A stretch of DNA of 64,000 bases from Candidatus Hydrogenedentota bacterium (lineage in GTDB: Bacteria > Hydrogenedentota > Hydrogenedentia > Hydrogenedentales > JAEUWI01): positions 64,001-128,000 of the forward strand of contig JAXMOL010000004.1 of NCBI GenBank assembly GCA_034669905.1, in the 5' to 3' direction. A program made the translations under genes and the position numbers. This document shows positions 1 to 8,976 of the stretch, piece by piece (the stretch's first letter is position 1; the number at the start of each line of letters is the position of its first letter). The notes beneath the pieces were generated by a model. That model was not told the DNA's origin, did no database searches, and saw only the letters and a program-made list of their open reading frames with translations.

Positions 1-570
1 CGCGCCCAGCCAGTGGAACACGTCCAGAATGGCTTCGCCTGCGATGCCGGGAAAGAAATACTTGAAGCCACCGCTGAAACCGACCACCTCGTGGGGAAAA
101 ACCGGGCCCACAATACAAACGAGATCGTAATCGAGCACCCGCTTATTGATCGTTACGTCCACCGATTCCCGGAGCAAGCCACCAGAGATTTCTTCGATCT
201 CATCTTCGCTAATCGTGCCTACCGTCGTGAGAGAGTCGGGGTCCTGCCAGGCGTGGTTATATACATCGACAGCGCCATAGGTGGTTTTCCGTTCCTCCGC
301 AGTGACACCGAGCATGCGGTTGATAGCGTCTTCCGGCATGGGGGGATGGGTGCCCAAGGCGATGAGGTAGTCCATCTTACTGACTCTTTCGCCCAATTCC
401 TGGTAGAGGGTACGGAAGAGCAGGGGGAGCGGCATGCTTCGGGTCGCATCGGGAATAATAAACAGGACCCGCTTTTCGTCCACATCCATTGCGGCGCAGG
501 CCTCGGAGAAGACCGCGTGGATCTCGGACTCCGAGAGGAACTCGTTTTCGGCGACTTTTTGGATGAGCAT
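1..570 (-). CDS. LarA/DUF2088-family nickel-pincer racemase/epimerase (5' part; runs off the window)
   Basis: Not in the ORF track. My translation from ATG 570: MLIQKVAENEF...FIIPDATRS...IALGTHPPM...GPVFPHEVVGFSGGFKYFFPGIAG. It carries the LarA-family D-x-TR, GTH and PH...GFSGG-x-K motifs and is open to position 1. Confidence 0.85.
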   Translation of the reverse strand, partial: MLIQKVAENEFLSESEIHAVFSEACAAMDVDEKRVLFIIPDATRSMPLPLLFRTLYQELGERVSKMDYLIALGTHPPMPEDAINRMLGVTAEERKTTYGAVDVYNHAWQDPDSLTTVGTISEDEIEEISGGLLRESVDVTINKRVLDYDLVCIVGPVFPHEVVGFSGGFKYFFPGIAGEAILDVFHWLGA

Positions 571-641
571 AGGAGGATGCCTTTGTGGTGTTGTTTGCGT
601 TGCGAATCTGGGATACTTCAGGAAATTCCCCGGGCAACGGG

Positions 642-1775
642 TCAGTCTATACGAAAACCAATGCCCTTGAGCTGTTCACGGAACGCGGAAGCGCAGTGGG
701 CACAGGTTACGCGTGTATTGTAAAACTCCCGACGACGGGGGTACGTCTTTCGAAGCATGTCAAAGTAGGCCTTCCGACCTTCTGGCGACTCGTCTGCGAT
801 GGCGCGCATGCGACCATCATCTTCCCGTATAGGATACAACGTGTCGACCAGGGGTTTGAGTGACGTCGTGTCGGCCGACGGACTCAAGACAGGGTGTTCG
901 GGCTCCGGTAAGAGCGGGTCCGGATTCCAGGTGGCCGGGATGCCAAGATACTGGCAGGCCGCCTCATAGATTTGCACCGTTCCCTTTACCTTGCCGTCAA
1001 AGGAATACCCGGCGATATGGGGGGAGGCGAGGTCCACGGCCGCGAGTAGTTCCAAGTCCACTTCGGGCTCATATTCCCATACATCCAGCACGGCCCCCTG
1101 GATATGGCCTGACTTCAGCGCCGCAAGGAGCGCGTCATTGTGGACGACCGGACCCCGCGCGGTATTGATAAGGAATGAGCCGGGTTTCAGGGCCTTGAGA
1201 AAGGCCTCGTCCACCAGGTGGCGGGTTGCGTAGGGCCCGTCGTTGGTCAGGGGTACGTGGGTCGTGACGATATCGCAGTTCAGGATTGCTTCTAAGGGGC
1301 GAAATTGTGCGTCACCACTGGCCTCGGCCCGCGGCGGGTCGTTCAGGACGACCTTCATACCCAACGCCGCAGCCTTCTTGGCGACGTTAGAGCCCACATT
1401 GCCAACACCCACGATGCCGATCGACTTGTCCGCGAGTTCGAAGGAATAGGTCTCCGCAAGGTGCAGAAGCGACGCCACCAGGTACTCACCGACACTATTG
1501 GCATTGCAACCCGGCGCACTGGAGAAGCCAATTTGCTTACGCTCCAGGTATTCCCGGTCTATGTGGTCTTCACCGATCGTCGCCGTGGCGACGAAGCGTA
1601 CGGCGGAGTCCCGGAGCAGGGCCTCATTGACTTGGGTAACCGAACGTACCAGCAGCATTTCGGCATCCCGTACGTCCCCGGAAGAAATCTCCCGGCCCGG
1701 CCTCAGGGTGACCTCGCCCAGCCCTGAGAAAGCCTCAGCGACATAGCGAATATTTTCATCGGCAACGATTTTCAT
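642..1775 (-). CDS. pdxB: 4-phosphoerythronate dehydrogenase
   Basis: MKIVADENI start, LLVRSVT, GVGNVG NAD motif, INTARG, DVWEYEP, SPHIAGYS, C-terminal FDMLRKTYPRRREF typical of PdxB. Confidence 0.9.
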   Translation of the reverse strand: MKIVADENIRYVAEAFSGLGEVTLRPGREISSGDVRDAEMLLVRSVTQVNEALLRDSAVRFVATATIGEDHIDREYLERKQIGFSSAPGCNANSVGEYLVASLLHLAETYSFELADKSIGIVGVGNVGSNVAKKAAALGMKVVLNDPPRAEASGDAQFRPLEAILNCDIVTTHVPLTNDGPYATRHLVDEAFLKALKPGSFLINTARGPVVHNDALLAALKSGHIQGAVLDVWEYEPEVDLELLAAVDLASPHIAGYSFDGKVKGTVQIYEAACQYLGIPATWNPDPLLPEPEHPVLSPSADTTSLKPLVDTLYPIREDDGRMRAIADESPEGRKAYFDMLRKTYPRRREFYNTRVTCAHCASAFREQLKGIGFRID

Positions 1776-1798
1776 AACGTTCCTAACCGCAATGCGGC

Positions 1799-2686
1799 CT
1801 ATTTCCAGGGGGGCGTGTCCGGGAGGTACTCTTCAAACTCTGCAATGACCGCCGCTTCGTAGGCACCGGCATATTCACCGGCAAAGAATTTGTCCAGCGC
1901 TTCGTCATGAAACCGTTTCCAGGACGCATCCTCGTGCCCGGGATTGATCGGGTAGAAAAGGGCTCCGTTGGCCTCGGCCGCCTTGCGGTCACCCGGTGCA
2001 TCACCGACCATGAGGATACGAGACTTCTCGTAGCGGCCTTCCGAGGCCAGGGCAATGTGTTCGTTTTTCTTGCCCTGTTCCTGACCGGCGATGGTGAAGA
2101 CGTACTTGGCGAGGTCCTGGCCTTCCCATTCTTCACGAAGGGCGCCCGTCGGGGTGGCCGAGCAGACCATCAGGTCGGCATGGGCTCCGGCTTTCTCCAA
2201 GGATTCGCGTACATAGGGGAAGGGGGGGAGCCCTTCGCCGACGATCTCGCCAACGGTCACATTAACCGCCTTGCTCCAGGCCAGGGCCCGGTGCATATCT
2301 TCATGATCGTGTTCCGCGCAGTAGGCTTCCAGGGCAGGATTGCCCAGCTTGGATTCAGTTTCCAGCCACTTGCGAAGATTGGGGATGTCCGGGAGGCGGA
2401 AGCCACGGGCCTGCACTTCCGGGCGCTCGATAAGGAGGTCGAAGGCATCGACCAGCGCGGGGAAGCGGTTAATGCCGCGCCACTTGGAGTAGAGATTGAC
2501 GAACTCAGCGGCTTCCCGGGCGTATTTGGAAACGGCCTGCAGGCCCCAGAATTTGATGATATTGGGGATGAAACACTCTTTGTGCTTCAACTCCATGGTG
2601 TCAAAGGCACAGCCGTCTGAATCGATGCAGATAAGAAATTCGTGACCAGGTTTGTGGTCGCGGAGGGGTTGGGTCGGATCACTCAT
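1799..2686 (-). CDS. HAD-superfamily hydrolase/phosphatase
   Basis: Motif I IDSDGCAFDT, motif II CSAT, motif IV MVGDAPGD. Start placed at MSDPTQ (2686). Confidence 0.8.
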   Translation of the reverse strand: MSDPTQPLRDHKPGHEFLICIDSDGCAFDTMELKHKECFIPNIIKFWGLQAVSKYAREAAEFVNLYSKWRGINRFPALVDAFDLLIERPEVQARGFRLPDIPNLRKWLETESKLGNPALEAYCAEHDHEDMHRALAWSKAVNVTVGEIVGEGLPPFPYVRESLEKAGAHADLMVCSATPTGALREEWEGQDLAKYVFTIAGQEQGKKNEHIALASEGRYEKSRILMVGDAPGDRKAAEANGALFYPINPGHEDASWKRFHDEALDKFFAGEYAGAYEAAVIAEFEEYLPDTPPWK

Positions 2687-2739
2687 GGGGAAAACCTTTC
2701 TTCCAGACTGCGCCAGGCGCAGCACACATAATCTTAGGG

Positions 2740-3570
2740 CTAGACGCCCGAAAAGGCAGAGAAACCACCGTCGACAGGAATCATCGTGCCGGTGACAAAT
2801 TTGGAGGCATCGCTGGCAAGCCAGATGGCGGCGCCCTTTAATTCATCCGCATCGCCATAGCGCCCCATGGGGGTGTGGTCGATGATGCTCTTACCCCGCG
2901 CCGTGGGCGCACCGGTCGCTTCGTCGGTCAGGAGAAAACGATTTTGTTCGGTGAGGAAAAAACCGGGAGCAATGGCATTGACGCGGAACTTCGGATTGTA
3001 TTCCTGGGCCATATGTACCGCGAGCCACTGGGTAAAGTTGCTCACGGCGGCTTTCGCCGCGCTATAGCCCGGGATACGGGTAAGGGGCCGAACGGCATTC
3101 ATGGAGGTAATATTAATGACATTGCCACCGTGCTCGTTTTTCAGCATGGCCTTACCAAAAATTTGGGTCGGAATAATGACCCCGCCGGCCAGGTTCAAAT
3201 CCATAATACGGGATATGGCATCATCGGGAATCTGGAAAAAGGACTGTTCCGGGGAGGTCGTCGCCTCCTTCAAGTTACCGCCAACCCCATTTACCAGGAT
3301 GTCGATGTGCTCAAAATCGGCCAGGATGGCGCTTTTACAATCCTCTGTGATGCTCGCACAATGGACATCGAGTGCGTAGGCATGGGCTTCACCGCCTGCG
3401 GCGACAATCTTGTCCGCAACCCGCTTGGCGTTGTCCACATTGCGGCTCGTAACCGCCACCCGTGCGCCGGCCTCTGCGAGACCTTCGGCAATGGCACCAC
3501 CGAGGGTGCCGCCACCACCGGTTATAATTGCGGTTTTACCGGTCAGATCGAAGAGAGGATGAGCTTGCAT
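2740..3570 (-). CDS. SDR oxidoreductase, D-mannonate oxidoreductase-like
   Basis: TGGGGTLG, YSAAK, and the subfamily-typical PLTRIPGY, NFTQWLAVH, PGFFLTEQNRFLL and DGGFSAFSGV segments. Confidence 0.8.
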   Translation of the reverse strand: MQAHPLFDLTGKTAIITGGGGTLGGAIAEGLAEAGARVAVTSRNVDNAKRVADKIVAAGGEAHAYALDVHCASITEDCKSAILADFEHIDILVNGVGGNLKEATTSPEQSFFQIPDDAISRIMDLNLAGGVIIPTQIFGKAMLKNEHGGNVINITSMNAVRPLTRIPGYSAAKAAVSNFTQWLAVHMAQEYNPKFRVNAIAPGFFLTEQNRFLLTDEATGAPTARGKSIIDHTPMGRYGDADELKGAAIWLASDASKFVTGTMIPVDGGFSAFSGV

Positions 3571-3794
3571 GAAATTCCTAGCATTAAGTTAGTGATACAC
3601 TGTCGTGGAAGGCACCATCGAATTAGCCGACGAAAAGGTCCCGGGGCGTACCTTAGCCTACGGGATTCCAATCGAAAACGTGGCCAGCAACATGGGGTGG
3701 AGCGAGGTGTTCTGCACACCGAGAACCCGGAAAATCGTAGCACATGGCCCCCATTGGCGACAAGGCGCGGCTCAATCCCGCTAGAGGGAGTTGC

Positions 3795-4565
3795 ATGATG
3801 ACGTTACGCATTGGCATGGGACAGATGACCGTTGTGGGTGGTGATTCGGAAGGAAATCTCTGCCGTGCGGAGGCGATGATTTCGGCGGCCGCGTCTTCCC
3901 AGTGCGATATGGTCGTTTTGCCGGAGTGTCTGGATTTGGGGTGGACCCATCCCACGGCTGCGACAGAAGGAGCGCCTGTTCCGGGACCCAGAACCGAGCG
4001 CCTCGGGCGTGCCGCCCAAAAACACGGGCTCTATGTCGCCGCCGGGTTAACGGAATGTTCCGGGCGGGAAGTCTACAATGCGGCCATATTGCTTGGTCCA
4101 GACGGTGACCTGCTCCTGACCCATCGAAAGATCAATGAACTGGCTATTGGGCGCACTCTTTATGGGGTAGGGGACCGCCTTTCAGTCGCCGAAACACCGT
4201 GGGGGCGGGTAGGCCTGCTGATTTGCGCAGATAACTTTTCAGATGCATCCACGCTTGGAAGGAGCCTGGCCACTATGGGCGCGGGACTCGTCCTTTCACC
4301 CTGCGCCTGGGCGGTCCCGGCAGATCATGATCCCGTGACGGCCCCGTACGGGGACCTGTGGAAAGAGGCCTACGGCAGTCTTGCCCGTGAAGTGAAGCTC
4401 ACCACGGTGGGCGTCAGCAATGTGGGGTATTTGGAAGACGGGCCATGGAAAGGACGCCGCTGCATTGGCTGTTCCCTCGCAGTCGGGGCCGATGGCCAGA
4501 CGGTCGTACAAGCCCCGTACGGCGTCGATGCCGAAGGGCTATATGTCGTAGACTTGAACCTGTAA
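3795..4565 (+). CDS. Carbon-nitrogen hydrolase (nitrilase superfamily)
   Basis: Glu-Lys-Cys triad contexts LPEC, HRKIN and ICADN. GAGGGAG RBS just before ATG 3795. Confidence 0.85.
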   Translation: MMTLRIGMGQMTVVGGDSEGNLCRAEAMISAAASSQCDMVVLPECLDLGWTHPTAATEGAPVPGPRTERLGRAAQKHGLYVAAGLTECSGREVYNAAILLGPDGDLLLTHRKINELAIGRTLYGVGDRLSVAETPWGRVGLLICADNFSDASTLGRSLATMGAGLVLSPCAWAVPADHDPVTAPYGDLWKEAYGSLAREVKLTTVGVSNVGYLEDGPWKGRRCIGCSLAVGADGQTVVQAPYGVDAEGLYVVDLNL

Positions 4566-4700
4566 ATCGGGGGGCATCGTTGGGGAACGCATTGAATTGA
4601 AAACGTCGGTGCGCTACCATCAGGCAAATATTTTTTGCAGCGTCTCTCGGACGAATACCGTGGCGGCCTTCAGGTCGTTTCTTGATTGGAGTTGAAGCGG

Positions 4701-5873
4701 ATGCGAATCCTGGTGACGACCTTTGGCGGGGACGGTGGGAAATCTGGCGTAAGCCAATATATCATTCAATTTCTGCGCTACTGCCGAAGCTGTGCGCCCG
4801 ATATGACCTTTGACGTAATTCTCTACGAAGATGAGAAGGCCGTCTATACGGACCAGGACCCGGCGTTCGAAACTATCTGCCAGGCCGAATGGTTGCGCTC
4901 GGCGTCGGTCAATATTTTATGGCATCAATGGGGACTTCCCGCTCTCTGCAGGAAAAACGGCTATGATGCGGTTTTTATCCCTGGGGGAAACCGACGGTTG
5001 CCGTGGCGACTGCCCTGTCCGACGGTGGTGACGTGTCACGACCTGGGCATCCTCCATGTCCCGGATAAATACGATGCGGTTCACCGCTTTTACAACCTCC
5101 GCATCTTGCCCCATCTTCTCAAACGTCAGACCCGTATCCTGACGGTGAGTGAGACGAGCAAAGAAGACATCGTTTCTTACACCGGCGTACCCGACGAGCG
5201 GGTGACGGTCACCCTCAATGGTGTGGACCATGAAACTTATCAGCCCGGTGATGTCGAAGAAGCACGGGCGCTTGTCGCGAAGAACTACGGGGTAGAGACG
5301 CCCTATCTGCTCTACATCGCCCGAATCGATCACCCGGGCAAGAATCACATCCGGCTCATTGAAGCCTTTGCACGCCTGAAGGCCGAGACCGACTTACCCC
5401 ATACTCTGGTGCTCGCGGGTAGCGACTGGAGTCGCGCCGAAGAAGTCCACCAGGTAGCGGAATCTTCGAGCGCGGCGGAACACATTGTGTTCACGGGGTT
5501 TGCACCCAGCGAAGATCTGCCAGCCCTCTATCGGGGGGCCGATTTGTTCGTTTTTCCCTCCCTCTTTGAGGGCTTCGGTATTCCCATCGTCGAGGCGATG
5601 AACTGTGGTACCCCCGTGGCCTGCGCTGACATTTCCTGCTTGCCCGAAATTGCGGGCGATGCGGCTGTTCTCTTTGACCCCTACGATACCGCTGCCATGG
5701 CAGAAGCCCTGGAGCGGGCCCTTACAGACGACGCGCTTCGGGCCCAGTGCATCGAGCGGGGTAAGGTCCGGGCCAAACGCTATAACTGGGAGGATACGGT
5801 TCAACAGACCGTGGACATTATCCGCGAAGTGGCCACGTCCCACGGCGCAACAGAGAAACAAGATCATGAGTGA
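4701..5873 (+). CDS. GT4 (group 1) glycosyltransferase
   Basis: FPSLFEGFGIPIVEAMNCGTPV signature, KNHIRLIEAF. Start at MRILV. Confidence 0.9.
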   Translation: MRILVTTFGGDGGKSGVSQYIIQFLRYCRSCAPDMTFDVILYEDEKAVYTDQDPAFETICQAEWLRSASVNILWHQWGLPALCRKNGYDAVFIPGGNRRLPWRLPCPTVVTCHDLGILHVPDKYDAVHRFYNLRILPHLLKRQTRILTVSETSKEDIVSYTGVPDERVTVTLNGVDHETYQPGDVEEARALVAKNYGVETPYLLYIARIDHPGKNHIRLIEAFARLKAETDLPHTLVLAGSDWSRAEEVHQVAESSSAAEHIVFTGFAPSEDLPALYRGADLFVFPSLFEGFGIPIVEAMNCGTPVACADISCLPEIAGDAAVLFDPYDTAAMAEALERALTDDALRAQCIERGKVRAKRYNWEDTVQQTVDIIREVATSHGATEKQDHE

Positions 5874-6690
5874 TTCGACGCCGAAAAATGGGGAAGTGCC
5901 CCGCTGCGCTGTAGACGGCCTGGAAACGGTCAGTCTCTTCAATATGCCGATCAATAATCTGACCCTCGAGGAAACCCTGACCGCGATGGGCGCCCATATC
6001 ACGGCGGGAAAGCAGGGCTACGTGGTGACACCCAATGTGGATCACGCGGTGGAATATGCGGAAAACGAACGCTTTCGCAAAGCCTACCAGGAAGCGAGCT
6101 TCGTATTGGCCGATGGGGTTCCGATTCTCTGGGCGGGCAAACTCTTCGGCAAGCCAATCAAGGAAAAAATCAGTGGCTCCGACCTCTTGTATTGGTTGTC
6201 GGAATACGCCGCTGAACATGGTCACGCGGTCTTTCTGCTGGGAGCCGCAGAAGGGGTAGGAGCGGAAGCCGGTCGAATTCTGGAAGAAAAATATCCCGGC
6301 CTGAAAGTGGCCGGAACCTATTCGCCGCCCCTGGGTTTTGAAAAAGATCCCGTGGAAAATCAGAAAGCCATTGACGCCATCAAGGAATCTGGCGCGGCCA
6401 TCTGTTACACCGCATTAGGCGCGCCCAAACAGGACCTGTGGAATTGGCGCTATCACCAGGAGACCGGCGCCAATCTCTGTCTTGGAATCGGGGCCTCCCT
6501 CGATTTTGTGGCCGGTCGTGTGAAGCGGGCCCCCGTCTGGATGCAACGCTGTGGGCTGGAATGGACCTGGCGCATTCTTCAGGAGCCGGTACGCATGGGG
6601 AAGCGATACCTGATCCGGGATGCGTATTTTCTGGTGCTGCTCTGGCGGGAGTGGCGTCATGGCAGTCGCACATGGAGTACAGAAGATTAG
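5866..6690 (+). CDS. WecB/TagA/CpsF-family glycosyltransferase (GT26)
   Basis: VVTPNVDH, LADGVP, SGSDL, LGAPKQD, GASLDF, RAPVWMQ..GLEW..R..QEP.R..RY. Start ATG 5866 overlaps the GT4 3' end. Confidence 0.9.
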   Translation: MSDSTPKNGEVPRCAVDGLETVSLFNMPINNLTLEETLTAMGAHITAGKQGYVVTPNVDHAVEYAENERFRKAYQEASFVLADGVPILWAGKLFGKPIKEKISGSDLLYWLSEYAAEHGHAVFLLGAAEGVGAEAGRILEEKYPGLKVAGTYSPPLGFEKDPVENQKAIDAIKESGAAICYTALGAPKQDLWNWRYHQETGANLCLGIGASLDFVAGRVKRAPVWMQRCGLEWTWRILQEPVRMGKRYLIRDAYFLVLLWREWRHGSRTWSTED

Positions 6691-6818
6691 ATAGCAGAAC
6701 AGAAGTTGTTATTCTTGTGGGGCGGCCATTACAATGGTTATGTATTTTCAGGGGACGTGCGATTCGCAGCGCAATGCAAACGCGGACGAAGCATAAAACA
6801 CCGAAGGGAGAACGTATT

Positions 6819-7880
6819 GTGACCCATTGGGCCACTGCGTACGCTGCTCACATCACGGAGCACATGACCCAGGCACTCCTGGTCACCGATGCACACTTTC
6901 GTGTGCTGCATGCCAGTCAGCGGGCCGCAGAACTATTGCAGGTCCCCGATGTCGCCGAGTTGATAGACACGTGCCTTTCGTCCACGGCGAGCGAGGAAGC
7001 GATTGGGGTTACGCCTGATTTTTACAGAGATTCCTCGGACGCAGTGGTCGACGGTCGCTACCACGTCCTGGCACCTGGGGCGAATGAGGTGGAAGTCCAT
7101 ATCACCTTTGTCGCGACGAGAGAGCCGCAGGAAGGCTATCTTATCCTTCTCGAGAGGGTGGCCGTCATAGATGCCATCGACGCGGAGGTTTTTCAATCGG
7201 AAAAACTCGCGGCGATGGATAACATTGTGGCGGGAGTGGCCCATGAGCTGAATAATCCCATGACGGCCATTCTCGGCTATTCGGAACTGCTTCTTCAGAC
7301 GGAACAAAATGCCCGCCGCAAACAGCGAATTGCCCTTATCGCGGAAGAAGCGGATCGCTGTGGGAAGATCATTGCTAACATGCTTTCCTTCACCCGCAGT
7401 TTCGGCAATGACTATGAGATGGCCAATATCGGACTGCTCCTGGATGAAGTCATATCGCTCCGCGCTTATCAGATGCGGGTGGATGGTGTGGCCTTGAACA
7501 TCCAGGTCGCACGGAACATTCCCATGAGTGCGGTGCAACCCTCGGCCATTCGCCGACTTTTCCTCAATATCGTTCACAACGCCCATCAGGCCCTTCAAGA
7601 GGTTCCGACTACCGCGCGCCGCTTTGATGTCGACCTCGCCTGTGAGAACGATCGGATTCAGATTCGTATGAGTGATACGGGGCCGGGTATCCCGGAAGAG
7701 GTGCGCTACAAAATATTTGACCCCTTCTTTTCGACACGCCCTTTCGGCGAAGGTATGGGATTGGGGCTGAGCGTCGCCTATGGCATCGTACATGAGCACA
7801 AAGGAAAAATCTGGATGGAGCCCCGCGACGGGGGCGGTACGAGCATCCATATAGAGTTCCCGATTAATCAGCCGTCGTAA
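6819..7880 (+). CDS. Cytoplasmic sensor histidine kinase (degenerate PAS + HisKA + HATPase)
   Basis: H-box AHELNNP, N-box NIVHNA, DTGPGI, FDPFFST, GMGLGL. AAGGGAG RBS 8 nt before GTG 6819. Confidence 0.85.
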   Translation: MTHWATAYAAHITEHMTQALLVTDAHFRVLHASQRAAELLQVPDVAELIDTCLSSTASEEAIGVTPDFYRDSSDAVVDGRYHVLAPGANEVEVHITFVATREPQEGYLILLERVAVIDAIDAEVFQSEKLAAMDNIVAGVAHELNNPMTAILGYSELLLQTEQNARRKQRIALIAEEADRCGKIIANMLSFTRSFGNDYEMANIGLLLDEVISLRAYQMRVDGVALNIQVARNIPMSAVQPSAIRRLFLNIVHNAHQALQEVPTTARRFDVDLACENDRIQIRMSDTGPGIPEEVRYKIFDPFFSTRPFGEGMGLGLSVAYGIVHEHKGKIWMEPRDGGGTSIHIEFPINQPS

Positions 7881-7920
7881 TTGTCTTACGGAATGATAGC
7901 ACCTTGATGGGAAACGAGAA

Positions 7921-8976
7921 ATGGCTCGGGTAGACACACTGAATACCTGTACGATAGCACCGGAAGAACTGGTATTTCGCGACACAGAGGAGCTGGCCCG
8001 ACACCTGGATCGCACTCCGGATGTGACCGTATCGACGCTCGGCCAATCTCGGTCGGGCCAATCCCTCTATGGTTATACGATGGGAACGGGCCCCCTGACC
8101 GTGTCGATAACGGCCGGGTGCCATGCCGATGAGCCTGCGGGGCCCATGACTGCCCAGTTGTTGCCCTTGCTCTTGCGGACCTATGCCCCTGATCTTCTGG
8201 CGCAATTTTCCTTTCGGGTGGCCCCCCAGATGAACCCCGACAACGCCGACCGAAACCGGCCCTGGTTTTCCGACGCACCGGATTTTCTCACCTATCTGGC
8301 CCACGCACACCGGGAAATGCCGGGAGACGATGTGGAGTTTGGCTTTTCCGAGAGCCCGGAAGCCCGACCGGAATGCCGCGCGGCCATTCCTTTCTTGTGG
8401 CATCACGCGCCGGTGGTGGCCCACTTTTCGCTCCACGGTATGGCGTGGGCTGAAGGGGCGTGGTATCTCCTCAACGCGCCCTGGGCAGAACGCAGCCAAG
8501 CCCTGCGCGAGCAGCTCTATGCCATCACCGCAGCGCAGGGTATGGGGCTCCATGAGATTGACCGCAAGGGGGCGAAAGGCTTTACCCGTATTGCCGAAGG
8601 GTTCGCTACCACCCCCAGCAGTGTGGCCATGCGGGCCTTCTTCGAGGATGAGAATGATCCGGAGATGGCAAAAAAATTCCTGCCCAGTTCCATGGAGGTG
8701 GCGATGGCGACGGGCGACGATCCCCTTTGTATGGTAAGTGAGTTACCGTTGTTTTTGCTCGACGTTCCACCATCTATCGACGATCCCGTTCTGTTTCGCT
8801 TTCGCGATGCCCTCAATGGGGCCCGTGCGGCAGGAGATAAGGAATCACTGGAGCGATTGATAGAAAACTTTCGCGTCACACCGGTTCCCTTCGCAACCCA
8901 GGTTCGACTCCAGTTTGCCATGGTCGTCTGCGCCTTGGATCAGGTGGCGTCTCGGCGCGCCTGGGCATCGAGATAG
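7921..8976 (+). CDS. M14-family zinc carboxypeptidase-like protein
   Basis: GQSRSG, GCHADE (HxxE), PQMNPD and SLHG zinc-ligand pattern. Confidence 0.75.
   Translation: MARVDTLNTCTIAPEELVFRDTEELARHLDRTPDVTVSTLGQSRSGQSLYGYTMGTGPLTVSITAGCHADEPAGPMTAQLLPLLLRTYAPDLLAQFSFRVAPQMNPDNADRNRPWFSDAPDFLTYLAHAHREMPGDDVEFGFSESPEARPECRAAIPFLWHHAPVVAHFSLHGMAWAEGAWYLLNAPWAERSQALREQLYAITAAQGMGLHEIDRKGAKGFTRIAEGFATTPSSVAMRAFFEDENDPEMAKKFLPSSMEVAMATGDDPLCMVSELPLFLLDVPPSIDDPVLFRFRDALNGARAAGDKESLERLIENFRVTPVPFATQVRLQFAMVVCALDQVASRRAWASR

Noticed and set aside
13..723. 236-aa plus-strand ORF
   Set aside because: Antisense shadow of the LarA-family gene and the pdxB 3' end; no recognisable motifs.
6438..6818. N-terminal extension of the kinase ORF, and similar extensions at 5605, 18816, 26111, 31352, 39236 and 39781
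   Set aside because: They overlap other genes or predicted promoters; better starts with an RBS lie downstream.
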